Below, one piece after another: positions 16,614-24,689 of a stretch of 35,765 bases of DNA. The notes under the pieces are model-generated. The model saw nothing but the letters and a program-made list of their open reading frames with translations. It did no database searches and was not told where the DNA came from. Position 1 is the first letter of the stretch, and each line of letters begins with the position of its first letter. Position numbers and translations under genes: made by a program. The DNA is taken from contig JAZDOG010000084.1 in NCBI GenBank assembly GCA_043798915.1, positions 1 through 35,765 on the forward strand, given 5' to 3'. The stretch comes from Pseudomonadota bacterium (GTDB lineage Bacteria > UBA10199 > 2-02-FULL-44-16 > JAAZCA01).

Positions 16614-17542
16614 TGGCAAAGATCGCGGTATGGTGGCGGGCGCTGCGCCCGTTCTCGTTCCCCGCGTCCGTGGTGCCGGCGCTCTTAGGGTTAGCGCTCG
16701 CATGGATGGAGGGTATGAAGATACGGATCGACCTGGCGATCCTCACGGTCATCGGCGCCGTCGCCGCGCACTCCGGCGCAAATCTCATCAACGACTATAT
16801 CGATTTTCGCCGCGGCATCGACCGCCCAGGGACAAAGGGCGGGAGCGGCGCGCTCATCGAGCAGAGCCTGTCGCCCAAGGCAGTCCTCATGGGCTCTATC
16901 GTCACCTGCGCGGTCGCGTTCGCATGTGCGCTCCCGCTCTGCCTGCACGTCGGACCGAAGTTCATCTGGCTCATCGCAGCAGGTTTCGTGGCCGGGGCGG
17001 GTTACGTCCTCCCGCCGTTCGGTTTCAAATATCGCGCGCTGGGGGATATCGTGGTGTTCGCGGCATTCGGCTTGGGGATAACGCTCGGGTCGTATGTTGC
17101 GCAGTCGCAGGTATTTCTGTGGGCCCCGCTCCTGTATGCAATACCGGTGGGGATGCTCGTGTCTGCAATATTGCACGTCAACAACATCAGGGACTTGGAC
17201 GACGACCGGAGCGTGAATGCAAAAACGCTCGCCGGTATGGTCGGCGTTAGAGCCGCCAAGGGCATCTATGCAGCGCTCGTCCTCGGCGCGTATGCGCTTG
17301 TCACGATCCTGGTCCTTTGCCGCGCCATCGTCCCGACCGCCGTGCTTGTGCTCATCACGTTTCCAATCGGATGGAAGCTTGTAAAAAAGATAAGGAAGGC
17401 GACGCCTCCATTCAATCGCTCGCTCGATATGGCCGATGCCGCAACCGCTCAGCTCAATATATTTTTTGGTCTGATGCTGATCGCGGGTGCGATCGCCTGG
17501 CGGATTATCGGAGTCAATCCCGTTTCATCTTTTTGTATTTGA
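16610..17542 (+). CDS. menA: UbiA-family prenyltransferase, MenA-like
   Basis: RP.SFPAS, NDYIDFRRGID, KYRALGD and NNIRDLDDD...KTL; multi-TM. Confidence 0.8.
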   Translation: MMAKIAVWWRALRPFSFPASVVPALLGLALAWMEGMKIRIDLAILTVIGAVAAHSGANLINDYIDFRRGIDRPGTKGGSGALIEQSLSPKAVLMGSIVTCAVAFACALPLCLHVGPKFIWLIAAGFVAGAGYVLPPFGFKYRALGDIVVFAAFGLGITLGSYVAQSQVFLWAPLLYAIPVGMLVSAILHVNNIRDLDDDRSVNAKTLAGMVGVRAAKGIYAALVLGAYALVTILVLCRAIVPTAVLVLITFPIGWKLVKKIRKATPPFNRSLDMADAATAQLNIFFGLMLIAGAIAWRIIGVNPVSSFCI

Positions 17543-19211
17543 TCCGGTGGACGCTTTGGGCGGCGTCGCCGAAGCGGCTCGCGCGGTCGGCCTCGTATTC
17601 GGCGAAGTTTCCCTCGAACCACGCCACCTGAGAATCGCCCTCGAAGGCCAGGATATGCGTGGCAACGCGATCCAGAAACCAGCGGTCGTGGCTGATGATG
17701 ACCGCGCAGCCGGCGTAATTCTCCAGCGCCACCTCCAGCGCGCGCAGCGTATTGACGTCGAGGTCGTTGGTCGGTTCGTCGAGCAGCAGCACGTTGCCGG
17801 CGTCCTTGAGCGTCATGGCCAGGTGCACGCGGTTTCTTTCGCCGCCAGACAGGACCGAGACCGGCTTCTGCTGGTCGGTGCCTGAAAAGTTGAAGCGGGA
17901 CACATAGGCGCGAGAGTTCACCTCGCGCTGGCCCAGAACGACCGTCTCCGCACCGCCGGAGATGCACTCCCACACGGTGCGCGTGTCGCCAGGGGCGAAC
18001 CGATCCTGATCGACATAGCCGAGCTTCACCGTCTCGCCGATCTTGAACGTCCCTCCATCCGGCTTCCCCTGCCCCATGATCATCTTGAAGAGTGTGGTCT
18101 TGCCAGCTCCATTGGGCCCGATGACGCCGACGATGCCGCCCTGCGGCAGGGAAAAATTCAGGTTTTCGAAGAGGACCTTGTCGCCATATGCCTTTGAAAC
18201 CCCCTGCGCCTCGATTACCGATTCTCCCAGGCGCGGGCCGGGCGGGATATAAATCTCGATCTCGTCGTCGATCCGGTCGCGGTCCTGCTTCAAAGGGTTT
18301 TCGTAGTTCGTGATGCGGGCCTTGGCTCTGGCGCGCCGGGCGGACGGCGATTGGCGGATCCATTCCAGTTCGCGATCGAGCGTCCTCAAACGCTTTCGGT
18401 CGGAATGCTCTTCACGCGCGAGGCGAGCCTCCTTTTGTTCCAGCCAGGAGGAATAGTTCCCCTTCCACGGAATGCCGTGGCCGCGATCGAGCTCCAATAT
18501 CCACCCGGCCACGTTGTCCAAAAAATAGCGATCGTGTGTCACCGCGATGACGGTCCCCTTGTATTGCTGAAGGTGGCGCTCCAGCCACCACACCGACTCG
18601 GCATCCAGATGGTTCGTCGGCTCGTCGAGCAGGAGGATGTCGGGCTCGCGAAGCAGCAGCCGGCAGAGGGCCACCCGCCGCTTCTCGCCGCCTGAAAGTG
18701 TTTCGATGAGCATGTCGTCCGGCGGACAGCGCAGCGAATCCATCGCCAGGGCCAAACGGCTGTCGAGCTCCCAGGCGCCGGTGCGATCGAGCTCTTCCTG
18801 CACCCTGGCCTGGCGGGACAGGAGTTTTTCCATCTCGTCGTCGGACATCGGATCGGCGAAGGAATTGTTGATCTCCTCAAACTCCTTCAAGGCATCGACG
18901 ATCTCCTGCACCCCTTCCGAGACCGACTCCTTCACCGTCTTCTTGGGATCAAGCTTCGGCTCCTGTTCCAGAAAGCCAATGCTGTAATCGCTGGCAAAAT
19001 GGACATCGCCGCTGTAGCCGTCATCGAGCCCGGCGATGATCTTGAGGAGGGAGCTCTTCCCGGCGCCGTTCAAGCCCAGCACGCCGATCTTGGCGCCGTA
19101 ATAGAATCCCAAAGAGATATCCTTCAGGACCTGTTTCTTGGGCGGATGCACGCGACTGAGCTTGTGCATCGAAAAGATGATCTTCTGCGGTTCGTTATCC
19201 TGGTTTGCCAT
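17514..19211 (-). CDS. ettA: Energy-dependent translational throttle protein EttA (ABC-F)
   Basis: GAKIGVLGLNGAGKS, LDEPTNHLDAESV, WILELDRGHGIPWKGNYSSWLEQK, and a second ABC domain. Start ATG 19211. Confidence 0.95.
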   Translation of the reverse strand: MANQDNEPQKIIFSMHKLSRVHPPKKQVLKDISLGFYYGAKIGVLGLNGAGKSSLLKIIAGLDDGYSGDVHFASDYSIGFLEQEPKLDPKKTVKESVSEGVQEIVDALKEFEEINNSFADPMSDDEMEKLLSRQARVQEELDRTGAWELDSRLALAMDSLRCPPDDMLIETLSGGEKRRVALCRLLLREPDILLLDEPTNHLDAESVWWLERHLQQYKGTVIAVTHDRYFLDNVAGWILELDRGHGIPWKGNYSSWLEQKEARLAREEHSDRKRLRTLDRELEWIRQSPSARRARAKARITNYENPLKQDRDRIDDEIEIYIPPGPRLGESVIEAQGVSKAYGDKVLFENLNFSLPQGGIVGVIGPNGAGKTTLFKMIMGQGKPDGGTFKIGETVKLGYVDQDRFAPGDTRTVWECISGGAETVVLGQREVNSRAYVSRFNFSGTDQQKPVSVLSGGERNRVHLAMTLKDAGNVLLLDEPTNDLDVNTLRALEVALENYAGCAVIISHDRWFLDRVATHILAFEGDSQVAWFEGNFAEYEADRASRFGDAAQSVHRIKYKKMKRD

Positions 19212-19225
19212 AGGGCTGGCACCTT

Positions 19226-20599
19226 TCACAGCTCCCTGAACGTCGAGGTGAAGTGGCGGATGCCCTTCGATTCGCTGTCGAAGGCCAGCCCCTTCGTGCG
19301 GGAGCGCGCCTTGTCGTGGACCGCGCCCACGACGTCGGCCACGTAGTCGAAGTGCTCCTGCGTGTAGACGCGCCGCGGGATCGTGAGCCTGCAGAGGTCG
19401 AGCGCTGGCCTCAGGTTCTCGCCGGTGTCCGGATCTCGTCCGGCCAGGCACGATCCGATCTCCACCGCGCGCACACCGCCCTCCCTGTAGAGCGCCACCG
19501 TCACGAGCTGCGCCGGAAACTCGCCCTCCGGCACGTTCGGGAAAAACCGCCGCCCGTCGATGAAGACCGCATGGCCGCCCACCGGCCGGACGATCGGGAC
19601 CCCCCGTCCGTGGAGCTCATCGCCGAGATACGCCACCTGTCCCACGCGGTGGGCGAGATAGGCCTCTTCGACCACCTCGGAGAGCCCCTGCGCCATCGCG
19701 TCCATATTCATGCCGCTCATCCCGCCATAGGTATAGAACCCCTCGAAGAGGATGTCGGTCGGCTTCATCTCCTCGTAGAGCGCCTCGTCGCGCAGCGCCA
19801 GAAAGCCGCCGATGGGAACGAGCCCGTCCTTCTTCGCGGACATCGTGCACCCCTCCACCTGCGAGAACATCTCGTGCACGATCTCGCGTATCGATTTTTT
19901 CGCGTATCCGTTCTCGCGCTGCTGGATGAAGTAGGCGTTCTCCGCAAACCTCGCGGCGTCGAAAAAGAACCTTAAATTTCTCTTCTTGCAGAATCTGGAA
20001 ACCTCGTGGATGTTCGCCATCGACACCGGCTGGCCCCCGCCCGAGTTGCAGGTGATCGTCAAGAGGACGTACGATATCCGCTCGCATCCATATTTCTTGT
20101 ACGCCTCCTCGAGGAGCCCCAGGTCTATGTTCCCCTTGAACGGATGATCCGCGGACGCATCGTGCCCCTCTGCAATCGTGCAATCCACGGCCCTGCCTCC
20201 CCTGAATTCAATATGCGCCTTGGTGGTGTCGAAATGCGTGTTGCCGGGGACGACTTGGCCCAAGCGCACGAGCGTGAAGTCCAGGACCTGCTCCGCCGCG
20301 CGGCCCTGGTGGACGGGGATCACAAACGGCATCCCGGTGACAGAGCGGATCGCCTCCTCGAGCCTGAAGAACGACGCCGATCCTGCATACGCCTCGTCGC
20401 CGATCATCATCCGCGACCACTGGGCCGCGCTCATCGCGCCGGTGCCGGAATCGGTCAGCAGGTCGATGTAGACGTCGTCGGCGCGAAGCCGAAAGACGTT
20501 GAGGCCCGCCTCCCTGATCTTCTTCTCGCGCCCGTCGCGGGAGAGGAGATTTATCGGCTCGACCACCTTTATCCTGTACGGAACCACGCTGCGGACCAT
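19226..20599 (-). CDS. tnaA: Tryptophanase (beta-eliminating lyase family)
   Basis: YIDLLTDSGT, HQGRAAE, DAARFAENAYFI, MSAKKD (TnaA-type; tyrosine phenol-lyase typically has MSGKKD) and RLTIPRRVYT. GGAGGG SD before ATG 20599. Confidence 0.85.
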   Translation of the reverse strand: MVRSVVPYRIKVVEPINLLSRDGREKKIREAGLNVFRLRADDVYIDLLTDSGTGAMSAAQWSRMMIGDEAYAGSASFFRLEEAIRSVTGMPFVIPVHQGRAAEQVLDFTLVRLGQVVPGNTHFDTTKAHIEFRGGRAVDCTIAEGHDASADHPFKGNIDLGLLEEAYKKYGCERISYVLLTITCNSGGGQPVSMANIHEVSRFCKKRNLRFFFDAARFAENAYFIQQRENGYAKKSIREIVHEMFSQVEGCTMSAKKDGLVPIGGFLALRDEALYEEMKPTDILFEGFYTYGGMSGMNMDAMAQGLSEVVEEAYLAHRVGQVAYLGDELHGRGVPIVRPVGGHAVFIDGRRFFPNVPEGEFPAQLVTVALYREGGVRAVEIGSCLAGRDPDTGENLRPALDLCRLTIPRRVYTQEHFDYVADVVGAVHDKARSRTKGLAFDSESKGIRHFTSTFREL

Positions 20600-20637
20600 C
20601 GCGCCCTCCCGTTCCTGTTTGACCATCCAAAGACTTA

Positions 20638-23358
20638 TCAGAACACATATCCGAACGTCAGGTGAAATCTGCCGACCGATTCGTTCGGCCTGCGCCCCAG
20701 CTTGAAGCCGTAGTCGGCCCTTATCGGCCCGACCGGTGTAATATAGCGCAGGCCGGCGCCCACTCCTTTGCGGATCGTCCCGCCATTTATTGCGGTGAAG
20801 GTGTTGGTCAGACTGCCCATGTCATAGAAGAAGGCCAGGTTGAGCGAACTCACGAGCCTTATCCTCAGCTCCTCGTTCACAATCCATCTTGTGCTCGCGC
20901 CTGTCGCCTTGCCGGAAGAGTCGACCGGCCCCAGGGAATCCTCCGCATATCCGCGGATGCTGTCGTCGCCGCCCAGGAACAGGAGTTCGTTCGTGGGCAC
21001 GCTGATGTTGTCTCCTATCGTCTGGATCCTGCTGAACCTCAGCGCCGTGGAGAAGGTGATCCGACGGAGGAGCGTCTCCTCGTTCTCCCCCTGCCACGTG
21101 AACCTCACGAAGTTGGCACGGTTCCCCTTGATCTCGTTGAATATATCGACGCCCCCCAGCGTGAAGAAGCCCTCAGTCGGGTTTGCGAAGCTGTCCCGCG
21201 AATCGTAGGAGGAGGAGAGCGATATCCTCGATATTGTGTTGTTGCGCAGGCTGTCGGCGTTGGCGGCAACGGAATCGCCCGTGACGAAATAGTTGCGATC
21301 GATCTCGTAGCGGGAGTAGAAGCCGAAGCGACGGAAGCGACGGAACCATCCGATCGCGCCGCCAGCCTGGACGAAGGTATAGGATGGCCTGCTCTTGTAC
21401 TGCAGCCATCCCGTGCCGGTCATCTCGACGCTGGAGCTCAAAAACCTTGGGTCGAACCAGCCGATCTCCGCGCGGGTGAACTTCTGGCCGGCGGTGAGTT
21501 TGAAGGTGTTGCCCTTAGCCCATCCGAAGGCATTGATGTTGTTGAAGGCGACCGAACCCGTGATCTGCTCGTCCGTCGAATAGCCGAACCCCAAGTCGAC
21601 CTGAAACGGCCGCTGTTCCTCGACCTTCACTTTGAGATGGACAATTTTTTCGTGCTCGGCGAGCCCGATCGTCTCTATGTTGACCGCGGCAAAGGGCCCC
21701 AGCCTCCTGATGTTGAGCTGGCTGTCGATGATGCGCCGGTAGCTGAACGGGTCGCCCTCGCGGATGTCCATCGCATGCTTGATCGCATTCTGGCTCGTGA
21801 GCACATCCCCTATTATCAGGATGTCGCCGATCCTGACTTCCGTCCCCTCATCTATGTCGTAGTGGATGACGGCCTTGCCGCTCTCGGTATCTGTGCTCCA
21901 TCTCTGTTTGACGTCGACATACGGGTAGCCGTTGTCCGAGTAGAACGTGAGGAGCCGCTGCCTGTCGGCGGAGAGCCCCGGCTCGTCGAACGGATCGTTC
22001 ACCTCGATCTTGAGTTCGCGCAGGAGCTTCGGAACGCCGAACGCATGGTTGCCGCTGAAGGATATCTCCCCCGTGAGCGTCTGAGCCCCCTGTTCAAGAG
22101 GTATGGTGAGGTCGAGCGCAAATCCCTGCGGGGTCGGCGCCACCTTCCAGTCGCCGACCCTGGCGTCCAGATAGCCGCGCCTGCGCATCGCCTTCACTAT
22201 GGCCTCGTTGTCGGCGGATTCATCCTCCGGATAGAATGTGCCGAGTCTGCCTGAAGCCATCTCGCGGTTGCGCATCTCGGCCGAGAGGTCCGACTTCGAC
22301 ACGTCCCGGGCCCCCTCGAAGTGCACCCTGCGGATCCTCTCCTCTCCCCCTTCGTCTATGGCGAAGGTGACGACGAAGGTTCCGTCAGGACGCTCCTCCT
22401 TCCCGGCCTCTACCTTGGCGCCGGGAAAACCCCGATCGCGCAAGAGCTCCTTTATCGCATCCGCGCTCGCGTCGATCTCATACTGGTCGAAGCTCCCCTC
22501 CCTGAGAATCGTGACGGTGCGCCGGAGGAGCTTGCGGCTGACGTGACGCGCGCCCTTGAAAGCGATGACGACCTTCGGCCCCTCGAAGACCTCCAGCGAG
22601 ATATCCACGCGATGCGCGTCGAAGTCCATGTGTTTGGACTTCACCTTGATCCGCGCGCGCGGATATCCATGCTCGTTGTAAAATTCCTTGAGCTTCCGAA
22701 GCGACTCGGAGAGCCTGCGCTCCGAGAACTGCCTGTAGATGCTGAGGACGGAAACGAACCGGCCCCTTGGGTATGCCTTGTTCCCCGACACCTCTATCTT
22801 CCGTATGCGGATGGCGTCGCCGCGGCTGATCCGAAAGGTGATGAGGGTGCCCCCCCATTCCGGCAGCTTCTCCTGATCGACGTAAACTTCCGTCCCCACA
22901 AAGCCCTCGCGCTCGTAGAAGGCCTTCACCCTGCCGATCTGCTCCTCGAGCTTGGCCGGCGTGAAGGCGTCGCCTGGGTGGAGGGTCAAGTATTTGCGGA
23001 CCTTGTTCTCGACATAAGGGTAGTTTCCAGTGACGTCTATGGACACCACCGTGTCGGCCTCGACGCATTTGAAGAGGATCACGACTCCGTCCGCCGACAT
23101 TGAGGTCTCTGTCTCTACGGTGTCGAAGACGCCCCACTTGAGGAGGTCGTCCACCGCCGTTTTCGCACGATCGCGCGAAAACTCATCCCCCTCTTTGATG
23201 CCGATGACGTCGCGCGCCGTCGACTCGGAGGCCTCCTCGAGGCCTTCGATCTCAACGCGCGCCACGGTCGCGGCATAAAGCACAGGGCAGAGAAACATTG
23301 CCGCAGCTGCTATCGCGGCTGCAAAGATGCGCGGTAGATTTGTGCTGCTTTTTTTCAA
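20638..23358 (-). CDS. Omp85 (BamA/TamA-like) outer-membrane protein with about 7 POTRA domains
   Basis: Repeated POTRA units ending in (V/I)xEG-like motifs, GGDDSIRGY, GAGLRYITPVGPIRADYG and a C-terminal Phe. Start uncertain (TTG at 23358, 23373 or 23421). Confidence 0.88.
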   Translation of the reverse strand: MKKSSTNLPRIFAAAIAAAAMFLCPVLYAATVARVEIEGLEEASESTARDVIGIKEGDEFSRDRAKTAVDDLLKWGVFDTVETETSMSADGVVILFKCVEADTVVSIDVTGNYPYVENKVRKYLTLHPGDAFTPAKLEEQIGRVKAFYEREGFVGTEVYVDQEKLPEWGGTLITFRISRGDAIRIRKIEVSGNKAYPRGRFVSVLSIYRQFSERRLSESLRKLKEFYNEHGYPRARIKVKSKHMDFDAHRVDISLEVFEGPKVVIAFKGARHVSRKLLRRTVTILREGSFDQYEIDASADAIKELLRDRGFPGAKVEAGKEERPDGTFVVTFAIDEGGEERIRRVHFEGARDVSKSDLSAEMRNREMASGRLGTFYPEDESADNEAIVKAMRRRGYLDARVGDWKVAPTPQGFALDLTIPLEQGAQTLTGEISFSGNHAFGVPKLLRELKIEVNDPFDEPGLSADRQRLLTFYSDNGYPYVDVKQRWSTDTESGKAVIHYDIDEGTEVRIGDILIIGDVLTSQNAIKHAMDIREGDPFSYRRIIDSQLNIRRLGPFAAVNIETIGLAEHEKIVHLKVKVEEQRPFQVDLGFGYSTDEQITGSVAFNNINAFGWAKGNTFKLTAGQKFTRAEIGWFDPRFLSSSVEMTGTGWLQYKSRPSYTFVQAGGAIGWFRRFRRFGFYSRYEIDRNYFVTGDSVAANADSLRNNTISRISLSSSYDSRDSFANPTEGFFTLGGVDIFNEIKGNRANFVRFTWQGENEETLLRRITFSTALRFSRIQTIGDNISVPTNELLFLGGDDSIRGYAEDSLGPVDSSGKATGASTRWIVNEELRIRLVSSLNLAFFYDMGSLTNTFTAINGGTIRKGVGAGLRYITPVGPIRADYGFKLGRRPNESVGRFHLTFGYVF

Positions 23359-23453
23359 TTTGAGTTCTTTCAAAACTTTTTGGGCGCCCAGTTTGTCATA
23401 CGGCTCCGTCCCTTCACTCAAGACCTTGATATGCCGCGCGTAGCTACACCTTT

Positions 23454-24659
23454 CTATTTCGTTTTTCTACTGTGCTTTGTTTTCTTCTTTGCCGAAAGTT
23501 TTTTATGAGCAGGCGTGTTTGCGCTTTCAATCAATCGACGCTCCCGCTCGATTTCCCTTTGCAATTCCTCTTCTGTGGGCAAGCAGAGCATGTATTTGGA
23601 AGCGAACAGCTGCTTGCTGTCTTTCAATACCGAGTATTTGGCGACCGTTTCATTTTTCTCGGCACAAAGAATGAGACCAATCGTCGGGTTGTCGTCTTCT
23701 GCAATAAAAATATCATCGAACATTCGAACATAACTGTCCATCTGCCCGACATCTTGATGTGTCAATTTTCCAATCTTTAGATCGATCAGCAGGTAACATT
23801 TTAGAATGCAGTTATAAAACACCATATCTACATAGAAAAATTCTTCCTCGTATTGAAGACGCTTTTGGCGGGCGACAAAAGCAAAACCCTTGCCCAGTTC
23901 AAGAAGAAATGACCGAAGATTTTCGATTATTGTTTCTTCCAGCTTTGATTCGTGAAGTTTCGGAGAATCAGGCAATCCGAGAAAATCGAGGATATATGGG
24001 TTTTTGATGGCATCAGCCGGAGCGATGACTGCTTGTCCTTCGCGGACTAAGCGCATCACGCCGTCTTTGTCTCGACTTTTGAGTAATCGCGCAAAGAGGA
24101 AAGAATGAATCTGCCTTTCCAGAACGGGAACGCTCCATCCTTCTTTTTCAGCCTCAATTTCATAAAATAGGCGCTCGTTCTTGTGTTCAACCTTGGTCAG
24201 GGTTCGGTAATGTGACCAGCTGAGTTGAGACGAGAAGCCTTTGATCGAATCGCTGTTTTCAACGGCAAGACTCATGTCGTCTAAAACTCCACGAGGTTTG
24301 TGGAGTTTTGGTTTGAATTCTCCACAAGGCTTGTGGAGAATCTCAGGAACACGGTCTGTAAAAGTAAGGTAGAATTGTCTGAAATACCACAAATTGGTGG
24401 TGGAAAATCCTTTGCCATATCTTTGGGTTAATCGGGTCGAAAGGGTTGTAACAATTCGTTTCCCATATTCCGCCCGCTCCTCGCCCAGCTGCAGTTCCTG
24501 CACGATTTCCTGCCCAATGAGCCAATAGGCAACAACCATGTTGCTATTGACTGCTCGGACAACATTGGCTCTGGCCCGCTCCAAGATGGCGACAACCCGC
24601 TCAAACAGGCTGTCCGGGGAGGGGTCGGCTTTAACAAGTGTCTTTTCGGTCTTATTCAT
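23454..24659 (-). CDS. DUF1016/YhcG family PD-(D/E)XK nuclease-domain protein
   Basis: YWLIG, GFSTTNL..FRQFY, LSWSHY, KNPYILDFL, FLLELGKGFAFVARQKR, IDLKIGKLTHQDVGQM and DNPTIGLILC. Low GC. Confidence 0.95.
   Translation of the reverse strand: MNKTEKTLVKADPSPDSLFERVVAILERARANVVRAVNSNMVVAYWLIGQEIVQELQLGEERAEYGKRIVTTLSTRLTQRYGKGFSTTNLWYFRQFYLTFTDRVPEILHKPCGEFKPKLHKPRGVLDDMSLAVENSDSIKGFSSQLSWSHYRTLTKVEHKNERLFYEIEAEKEGWSVPVLERQIHSFLFARLLKSRDKDGVMRLVREGQAVIAPADAIKNPYILDFLGLPDSPKLHESKLEETIIENLRSFLLELGKGFAFVARQKRLQYEEEFFYVDMVFYNCILKCYLLIDLKIGKLTHQDVGQMDSYVRMFDDIFIAEDDNPTIGLILCAEKNETVAKYSVLKDSKQLFASKYMLCLPTEEELQREIERERRLIESANTPAHKKLSAKKKTKHSRKTK
24283..24341. repeat. Two tandem palindromes inside the YhcG gene
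   Basis: AAAACTCCAC-GAGGTTT-GTGGAGTTTT (24283-24309) and ATTCTCCACAAG-G-CTTGTGGAGAAT (24317-24341). Confidence 0.9.
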
Positions 24660-24689
24660 AAAAATCCTATTTGAGATTGTGTGCGCATC

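Noticed and set aside
19212..19451. ORF-track N-terminal extensions of ettA (also 2060-3247, 5926-6795, 9995-11221, 1572-2036)
   Set aside because: They overlap neighbouring genes or promoters and repeats; downstream starts with SD or coupling fit the families better.
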